Below, in pieces: positions 34,702 through 40,314 of a stretch of 42,828 nt of DNA. The translations under genes and the position numbers were made by a program. Below the pieces are notes generated by a model, which saw only the letters and a list, made by a program, of their open reading frames with translations, was not told the origin of the DNA and searched no databases. Each line of letters opens with the position of its first letter. Position 1 is the first letter of the stretch. The DNA comes from a virus, in IMG/VR virus record IMGVR_UViG_3300017447_000003, positions 1-42,828 of that record; one strand, 5' to 3'.

Positions 34702-35322
34702 ATGGCTACCAGCAACTACCAGTACGAGACGCGCGAAGCTTGGCTTAACGCCTTTGTCACCCTCGCGCGCCCGCACTTTGACCGCGTTGGCGCGCCGCTA
34801 CCTGAAAAGCTGCGCGTATCGGTAGGGTTCACGTCGCATGGTGTACGCTCCAATGCGGTAGGCGAGTGCTGGCAGGACAGCGCAAGCGCAGATGGTCACT
34901 TTGAGATATTCCTAAAGCCGACTACCGAGACGGACGCGCGCATAGCCGACATACTTACGCATCAACTGTGCCGCGCTGCCGTAGGTATCGACGTAGGCCA
35001 CGGTCCCGCGTTCCGTAAGATCGCAACTGCCCTTGGCCTCAAGGGTAAGATGACTTCCACCACGGCTAGCAGCGTATGGTATGAGTGGGCCTTGCCCATT
35101 CTGGATATCATCGGGCCTATGCCGTACGCCGCACTCATGGACGGCAAGTCCACCGCCAAGCCGAAACAGCGTACTAACCTACTCAAGGTGTACTGCCCGT
35201 CGTGCGGCTTCACGGCACGCATTACGCGCAAGCATATTATTCCGCATACTCATTTAAATTGCCCTGTACCCGACTGCGTAAGCGTGCTACATACTGACAA
35301 CGACAACACGGAAGCGGAGTAA
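34702..35322 (+). CDS. SprT-like protein with a C-terminal Zn-ribbon and a degenerate metalloprotease motif
   Basis: ILTHQLCRAAVG sits where SprT-type proteins carry HExxH. The C-terminal YCPSCGFTARITRKHI....LNCPVPDCVSVL is a SprT-type zinc ribbon. Confidence 0.45.
   Translation: MATSNYQYETREAWLNAFVTLARPHFDRVGAPLPEKLRVSVGFTSHGVRSNAVGECWQDSASADGHFEIFLKPTTETDARIADILTHQLCRAAVGIDVGHGPAFRKIATALGLKGKMTSTTASSVWYEWALPILDIIGPMPYAALMDGKSTAKPKQRTNLLKVYCPSCGFTARITRKHIIPHTHLNCPVPDCVSVLHTDNDNTEAE
35252..35259. repeat. ATTTAAAT octamer (dispersed motif family)
   Basis: Inside the SprT-like gene, read as CAT TTA AAT (H-L-N). Confidence 0.9.
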
Positions 35323-35329
35323 TTTAAAT
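35322..35329. repeat. ATTTAAAT octamer (dispersed motif family)
   Basis: Bridges stop TAA 35320-35322 and ATG 35328. Part of GGAGTAATTTAAATG. Confidence 0.9.
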
Positions 35330-36665
35330 GAACCGGGATGCAGTCAACGATGCGCTTACGACGCTCGCAGGCACCGGCCGCGTATGTACGCCGCTTCGCA
35401 TGAACCAGCGTATCGGCCTGTGCGCGCTGCTACACGGCTATCAACCGGATATGAAGCCGAACGATATCAAGCTTGTCGGGGAACGCGACCTGTGCGCGCT
35501 GTACGACAACGCCTGTATCAGCATTGATCGCGGCTTGCCCGTCTCGCAGAACATCGCGCGCAAGTATCAGCCTAACCCGCTGCTGGATACGCCCGCCGCT
35601 CCCGTCATCAACCCGGTAACGCTCAAGCCCGCGCCGTTCACGGTGGATGAACTGGCGAAGCCCGCCCCCGCTGCTGACATGTCGCAGTACGCCAAGCGTT
35701 CGTACGTCGATCAAAAGGCGTCGGACCTGTCCACCGAGTACCGGGGCAAGGTGCGCGAGTTGCAGACGGAAGCGAACCAGCATCAAAAGAACCTTACCGA
35801 GACGTTGCTAAAGTTTACCGACGCGCTGCCCGAAGTCATCCGCGCGGAAGTAGTCGCATCGCTCAAGGCTCTTACGCCCGTTACGCTTACCGTCGTACTG
35901 CCGAATGAAGCGCCCGCCGCTATCGGCATGGTACACAACAAGCTGCCGCAACTTATCAAGATGCTCGCAGCCGGTGGCCATGTCTATCTGCACGGCCCGG
36001 CCGGTTCGGGTAAGACGACGGCCGCCAAGCAATGCGCAGACGCCTTTAAGCTGCCGTTCTACTTCGCCGCCAAGGTGGAAAGCGAATACATGCTGCTAGG
36101 CTTTAAGGATGCGCGGGGCGAGACTGTACGTACGCAGTTCCGCGAAGCGTACGAGCATGGCGGCGTATTCCTCTTTGACGAATTGGACGGCTCTAGCCCT
36201 AGCGCAGTAGTCGCCATGAACGCCGCGCTCGCTAACGGTATCTGCCCCTTCCCCGATGGCATCATTAACATGCACGCGGACTTTAAGTGCATCGGTGGCG
36301 GCAATACCAAGCTGTCCGGCGCAACGCGCGAGTACGTGGGCCGCAACCAGCTTGACGCAGCGTCCGTTGATCGGTTCGACTTCCTCGAATGGGGGTACGA
36401 TGACGCTCTAGAGTCCGCGATTGCCACCAACGCTAACTGGTGCGCGTACGTACAGTCGGCACGCAAGGCTGTAGCTGACCGCTCGCTTAAGCATCTGGTT
36501 ACGCCGCGTGCGACGTACCGGGGCTGCAAGCTGCTGGAAGGCGGCCTTACTTGGGAGGAAACCGAGACTGCCGTACTGTGGAAGGGGCTTGACGATGAAA
36601 CTGTATCGCAGCTAAAGCGTAGTATGCCGGTGAAGGCACCGAAGCCGGTTGAAGGGATACTATGA
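35328..36665 (+). CDS. AAA_5 (MoxR/CbbQ/dynein-related) ATPase with a ~200 aa N-terminal extension
   Basis: Walker A is HGPAGSGKTT and Walker B is VFLFDELDGS. A sensor region follows. The start reads GGAGTAATTTAAATG. Confidence 0.8.
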   Translation: MNRDAVNDALTTLAGTGRVCTPLRMNQRIGLCALLHGYQPDMKPNDIKLVGERDLCALYDNACISIDRGLPVSQNIARKYQPNPLLDTPAAPVINPVTLKPAPFTVDELAKPAPAADMSQYAKRSYVDQKASDLSTEYRGKVRELQTEANQHQKNLTETLLKFTDALPEVIRAEVVASLKALTPVTLTVVLPNEAPAAIGMVHNKLPQLIKMLAAGGHVYLHGPAGSGKTTAAKQCADAFKLPFYFAAKVESEYMLLGFKDARGETVRTQFREAYEHGGVFLFDELDGSSPSAVVAMNAALANGICPFPDGIINMHADFKCIGGGNTKLSGATREYVGRNQLDAASVDRFDFLEWGYDDALESAIATNANWCAYVQSARKAVADRSLKHLVTPRATYRGCKLLEGGLTWEETETAVLWKGLDDETVSQLKRSMPVKAPKPVEGIL

Positions 36666-37504
36666 TGCAGTACGTGCGCGACGGCGGTAAGCACTTCTAC
36701 CAGTTCGATAGCATGGCGGAAATGCAGCGGTACGTTGATACGCACCCGCAAACGTGGAAGGACGGGGATAGCAGCCGTACCATAGGCCGCGCCCCGTCGT
36801 GGGATATGAATGTCGGCTATGATGGCGCGGTACGTATGGCGCGCGACGGCTGGCTAGAGGGCGCACGGCGCGCACAGAAGGCCCTTGAAGTGTTTGTACC
36901 CCGTGACCCCGCCCCGGCGACGCGGAACGACTTCTACGGCCATCTGCCCCACGTCCCGCGCTTCTGTGCGGGTGCGCCAGATAGCATGATCCGGTATGCG
37001 CCCGACCCTCTTAGCGGTACGGGCCGCGTCGTTACCGTATACGTAGCCATATCGACCGGCGCGGGTTCGGACGCGGACTACATGGCTAACTACGGCGTAG
37101 CCATTGCGCAGTACGTCAACCAGCTTGAACAGGCGGGCAAGCGGGTTGAACTGTTCGCGTGCAAGTATTCCAGTGACTACCCCGGCAACGAGGAACAGGG
37201 CATAGCGTGGCGCGTGAAAGCGGCAGACCAGCCTATCGACTTGGCGGTACTGACGTTCGCCTTTCACCCCGCGTGCTTTCGCCGCATCGTCTTTGCCATG
37301 CTGGAACGTTCGGCCGTCACCCGCAAGCCGTACGGCTACGGCATCCCGTCCGAACTCACCGAAAAGTGCGTTATCAACCCGCCCGTGGGCGCGTACTACC
37401 TTAACGGCATGAAACGCGTTAACTCGTTTGCTAAGACGGTCGAAAGCGCACTTGAGTACGTCTCTAAGCAAATCGGCATCGCTGCCGATACGGAAAGGGA
37501 GTAA
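36662..37504 (+). CDS. Hypothetical protein, 280 aa; possible vWA/Rossmann-like partner of the AAA_5 ATPase
   Basis: ATGA overlap with the ATPase gene. The strand-loop-helix-strand pattern VVTVYVAISTGAGSDADYMANYGVAIAQYVNQLEQAGKRVELFA resembles a vWA core, but the MIDAS Asp is missing. Confidence 0.5.
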   Translation: MMQYVRDGGKHFYQFDSMAEMQRYVDTHPQTWKDGDSSRTIGRAPSWDMNVGYDGAVRMARDGWLEGARRAQKALEVFVPRDPAPATRNDFYGHLPHVPRFCAGAPDSMIRYAPDPLSGTGRVVTVYVAISTGAGSDADYMANYGVAIAQYVNQLEQAGKRVELFACKYSSDYPGNEEQGIAWRVKAADQPIDLAVLTFAFHPACFRRIVFAMLERSAVTRKPYGYGIPSELTEKCVINPPVGAYYLNGMKRVNSFAKTVESALEYVSKQIGIAADTERE

Positions 37505-37511
37505 TTTAAAT
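37504..37511. repeat. ATTTAAAT octamer (dispersed motif family)
   Basis: Bridges stop TAA 37502-37504 and ATG 37510. Part of GGAGTAATTTAAATG. Confidence 0.9.
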
Positions 37512-37665
37512 GACGTACGACGATGAACGCGACGTACTGCCGCTTGACGAGATACCGACGCCTTGCTACCAGCCTAGCAGGCAAGGGGACGAGTATTTTT
37601 GTCGCAAGTGCGGTATGCGGTGGGACGTACGCGAGGAACGCCCGCCCTGCCCGAAGGGAGTATAG
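37510..37665 (+). CDS. Small Zn-ribbon-like protein, 51 aa (below the ORF-track cutoff)
   Basis: The start reads GGGAGTAATTTAAATG. Translated by hand: MTYDDERDVLPLDEIPTPCYQPSRQGDEYFCRKCGMRWDVREERPPCPKGV. It has four Cys residues (C19, C31, C34, C47). Confidence 0.5.
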   Translation: MTYDDERDVLPLDEIPTPCYQPSRQGDEYFCRKCGMRWDVREERPPCPKGV

Positions 37666-37669
37666 TACT

Positions 37670-37819
37670 ATGCTTAAGCGGTTGCTTTGCTGGCACAAGT
37701 GGGGTAAGTGGGCGTACAGCCGTACTCACTCGCACGAGAAGCGCGGCCATTATGACAGGAAGACGTGCCGTAAGTGCGGCCACGTCAAGTACAGGAAGGA
37801 ACGCCAGTGCGCTTTCTAA
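37670..37819 (+). CDS. Small Cys/His-rich protein, 49 aa (CWHKWGKW type)
   Basis: GGGAG lies 9 nt upstream of ATG 37670. The sequence is MLKRLLCWHKWGKWAYSRTHSHEKRGHYDRKTCRKCGHVKY... The upstream part of track ORF 37523..37819 overlaps the previous gene. Confidence 0.5.
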   Translation: MLKRLLCWHKWGKWAYSRTHSHEKRGHYDRKTCRKCGHVKYRKERQCAF

Positions 37820-38001
37820 TCAACGTCGTGGCGGTATCGGCGGTAGCTGGCGCGATCATCGCGGCCATGTATCTTTTGATGCTGGCAATTGGCGGCTTCG
37901 CGTTCGTCGTGCTGCTGGCGGCGGCCCTCGTTATCGGCGGCTTCGGCGGCTACATGGAAGAACGGGCGCTGGATCGCCAGTACAGGGAGGATATGAAGTA
38001 A
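37807..38001 (+). CDS. Small two-TMD membrane protein with a charged C-terminus (holin-like architecture)
   Basis: GTG 37807 is in frame with track ORF 37774..38001. The sequence is VRFLINVVAVSAVAGAIIAAMYLLMLAIGGFAFVVLLAAALVIGGFGGYMEERALDRQYREDMK. Confidence 0.5.
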   Translation: MRFLINVVAVSAVAGAIIAAMYLLMLAIGGFAFVVLLAAALVIGGFGGYMEERALDRQYREDMK

Positions 38002-38327
38002 TGTACGCTGTAGCTTGGAGGCACAACGCCCGCTGCCCGTGGAACATTATGGCCGAACCGCTCCCGTCCGAACAGGCGGCGCGTGACGCTATCAACAAGC
38101 ACGGCAAGTACGACATGGCGCACCGAGAATACCGCATCATCCCGCTTGGTGACGCGGATACGTGGAGCGACCCGCACGCGGAACAGGCCGAACGCTTGGG
38201 CGTGGAACTGCCGACCGTACGCGAGGTTAAGCCGCGTGCTAGGTACTGCGATTGCGGCGGGCCGTTCGTGGGCAAGCCGGAGAACTATCATCTGGATACG
38301 TGCGATATGCGGAACGGTAAGCCGTGA
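38001..38327 (+). CDS. Hypothetical protein, 108 aa
   Basis: ATG 38001 lies in a TAATG overlap. It is the 3' part of the 242 aa track ORF 37599..38327, whose upstream part overlaps three better-supported genes. Confidence 0.55.
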   Translation: MYAVAWRHNARCPWNIMAEPLPSEQAARDAINKHGKYDMAHREYRIIPLGDADTWSDPHAEQAERLGVELPTVREVKPRARYCDCGGPFVGKPENYHLDTCDMRNGKP

Positions 38328-38761
38328 TCGCGGCCGAAGTGGCGCTAGCGTTCAACGCCATTAACGAACGCAAGTCATGGGTAGCCCGGCCGCACGCGTC
38401 GGACGGGCGCGAGGCCGTACACTTTGTAGCGGCTAGCAATCTGGTTACGTTGGTACTTGAGTGCGATACGAAACGCTTTCAGGTGCGCTTTAACAAGGTT
38501 CATGCGGCTTGGGGCGATTATAACCGCGCCATCGCCCGTAGCCTGCTGATCGTGCTTACTACGCTCAAGGCGGCGGGCCTGCCGTTCGACGCGCCGGAGG
38601 ATATCGACGGTATCCAGATAACGACGACCATTGCCACGGACGCGACCGTTTACGTTGCGTTCCCCGGTATGGTCCTGCTGACGGCCGAAGCGGCTACTAT
38701 GCCAGAACTGCGCGAACCGGCCGGTACGATCGGTGGCGCGCAGATTGTGGGCGACGACTGA
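38324..38761 (+). CDS. Hypothetical protein, 145 aa
   Basis: GTG start in a GTGA overlap with the previous stop. Confidence 0.55.
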   Translation: MIAAEVALAFNAINERKSWVARPHASDGREAVHFVAASNLVTLVLECDTKRFQVRFNKVHAAWGDYNRAIARSLLIVLTTLKAAGLPFDAPEDIDGIQITTTIATDATVYVAFPGMVLLTAEAATMPELREPAGTIGGAQIVGDD

Positions 38762-38855
38762 AACTATTTTGCCGTCCGTGCATTTTCAGTATTGACCGGT
38801 AAGCGACGTACTATACACCGGACGCACCAACCCGAACCAACCCGGAGAAACTACA

Positions 38856-39674
38856 ATGCGTATCGCGACTTTCGGCCTGCTGGCCAGTGCAATGCCCCTG
38901 ATGATGGCCACCAACCCCGACGCGCTCGGCGGACTCGGCGGCGCGACGCTCGGTACCGGCGGCCTCACCGCGCCGAACGACATGTCGCCCACGGCCGCCG
39001 GACTGCCCGCCCCGACCGGCGACGCACCCGCCCCGGCCGCCGACAATCCGAACGCGTTCGCGTTCCGTATCCCGAACACGGAAACGGATATCGGTATCGA
39101 TATCGCGCAAATCCCGGCCGAAGTCCGGCTCGACTTCCTGAAAAAGGGGCTGCGCGACTACATCACCAACGCCGTCAATCAGGCCAACATCCGCACGACC
39201 AAGGCCAACGCGCCGCACGACGCGTACGACGAAGCCATGAAGGCGGACGCGATGCAGACGGCCGTGGCCAAGCCGACCGGCGAACGCGGCAAGGCGGACC
39301 TGATCGGTACGGCCGCCGCCGCGCGCGAACGCCTGTACAAGGGCGAAGTGCGCCGGCAGGGCGAGGGCGGCGCAACGCCGCGTCAGACCGTGGACCCGCT
39401 CACCAAGCTGGTTACGGAAGCCGTCGTGCGCGAACTGCACGAGAAGGACAAGGCGGCGGGCGGCAAGCGCAAGTACACCGAGTTTACGGCCGAAGTCGCC
39501 AAGGCGGGCGGCGGCGTCAAGTATCTGGAACAGAAGATCACCGAGAAGGTGGCGGCCGGTACGGATGAAGCGGTCCTCCGCAAGTTCATGGACGACCGGT
39601 ACATCAAGCCCGCACAGATGATGCTGGGCCAGAAGACCGGCAAGTCCACGGCCCCGGAAAACTCCATCCTGTAA
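38856..39674 (+). CDS. Hypothetical protein, 272 aa, with a hydrophobic N-terminus and a Lys/Glu-rich C-half
   Basis: GGAG lies 8 nt upstream of ATG 38856. The competing Arg-rich ORF 38792..39568 is in another frame and looks spurious. Confidence 0.6.
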   Translation: MRIATFGLLASAMPLMMATNPDALGGLGGATLGTGGLTAPNDMSPTAAGLPAPTGDAPAPAADNPNAFAFRIPNTETDIGIDIAQIPAEVRLDFLKKGLRDYITNAVNQANIRTTKANAPHDAYDEAMKADAMQTAVAKPTGERGKADLIGTAAAARERLYKGEVRRQGEGGATPRQTVDPLTKLVTEAVVRELHEKDKAAGGKRKYTEFTAEVAKAGGGVKYLEQKITEKVAAGTDEAVLRKFMDDRYIKPAQMMLGQKTGKSTAPENSIL

Positions 39675-39678
39675 TACG

Positions 39679-39700
39679 GCGGGTTCGTCGCACGAACCGC
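39679..39700 (+). terminator. Terminator-like hairpin just after the 38856..39674 stop
   Basis: GGTTCGT-cgc-ACGAACC with flanking GC pairs, followed by UGUGUAU. Confidence 0.4.
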
Positions 39701-39705
39701 TGTGT

Positions 39706-39741
39706 ATGGCGGGATACTCTAGCCACGTAGTATCCCGCCAT
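39706..39741 (+). other. Perfect 13 bp stem-loop in a non-coding segment
   Basis: ATGGCGGGATACT (39706-39718) pairs with AGTATCCCGCCAT (39729-39741) around a 10 nt loop. Confidence 0.7.
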
Positions 39742-39831
39742 TACGCCCCGTACGAGAAAGGGGCGGCAACACGGGGCAACCCGAAAGGGCAGTCGCATGA
39801 TAAATCGGCGAACTAAGTACGGACAGCTTGA

Positions 39832-39942
39832 GGTGCGGTCACGGCTTGGTAGATAGTCAAAGCGCGATAGAAACGGCAACCCGTGACGCCCGGTTACTCT
39901 AACCGCACCCCGCCAGCCGCTTCCGCGAAGTGCTAGGCGGGG
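39832..39942 (+). other. Nested long-range stems (candidate structured RNA or origin element)
   Basis: GGTGCGGT-CACGG (39832-39844) pairs with CCGTG (39881-39885) and ACCGCACC (39902-39909). CCCCGCC (39908-39914) pairs with GGCGGGG (39936-39942). Confidence 0.45.
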
Positions 39943-39974
39943 TGTACTGTATCTAACTTAGGGAGTGAGTTGCA

Positions 39975-40145
39975 ATGGTACGTGAGTTCGAAGGCCCCGA
40001 CGCGGGCAAAGAGGCGTACGACTTCTACAAGCGCCGCCGTAGCGCCCTCGCACGGCCGTACAACGGCAAGTGGCTCGTGGCGTCGCCTGCCTGCGCCATC
40101 ATCGGCCACCCGTCGTGCGAAGTGCGAAAACCCCGCTTGACGTAG
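39975..40145 (+). CDS. Possible small gene, 56 aa (below the ORF-track cutoff)
   Basis: GGGAG lies 9 nt upstream of ATG 39975. Translated by hand: MVREFEGPDAGKEAYDFYKRRRSALARPYNGKWLVASPACAIIGHPSCEVRKPRLT, with stop TAG at 40143-40145. Confidence 0.4.
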   Translation: MVREFEGPDAGKEAYDFYKRRRSALARPYNGKWLVASPACAIIGHPSCEVRKPRLT

Positions 40146-40213
40146 ACGACCGACCTGATAGGAGGGGGCCGGGCATTGCAACCGCCCTCCTTCCACGGCC
40201 CTAGGCCGCCCCC

Positions 40214-40247
40214 GAAGCCCGCCAGCGCCCTAACGCTGGCGGGCTTC
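40214..40247 (+). terminator. Strong hairpin (terminator/attenuator) upstream of the primase gene
   Basis: GAAGCCCGCCAGCG-ccctaa-CGCTGGCGGGCTTC has a perfect 14 bp stem. The pyrimidine tract after it is weak (CUCGUU). Confidence 0.55.
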
Positions 40248-40314
40248 CTCGTTATAGCGATCAACGGTTTAGGCCCTTGACAGCGCATCCTAGACAGCCC
40301 TAGGTGGCATCCTC

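Noticed and set aside
37599-38327. 242 aa ORF as a single gene
   Set aside because: Its 5' two-thirds overlap three shorter genes that have their own SD and coupling signals, and it has an Arg/Gly/Ser-rich composition. Only the part from ATG 38001 is retained.
38792-39568. 258 aa Arg-rich ORF overlapping 38856..39674 in another frame
   Set aside because: The extreme Arg/Gly/Pro composition is typical of an off-frame reading. The 38856 frame has a proper SD and a normal amino-acid composition.
39980-39996. GAGTTCGAAGG resembling a tRNA T-loop (GGTTCGAATCC)
   Set aside because: No complementary T-stem, acceptor or anticodon arms could be drawn around it, and it lies inside a small ORF. No other tRNA-like T-loop was seen in the window.
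40277-40282. Perfect -35 hexamer TTGACA upstream of the primase-helicase gene as a sigma70 promoter
   Set aside because: No acceptable -10 lies at 16-18 bp (CTAGGT/TAGGTG). A similar case at 38792-38819 (TTGACC with TATACA at 14 bp or TACACC at 16 bp) is also unconvincing. Both need experimental TSS data.
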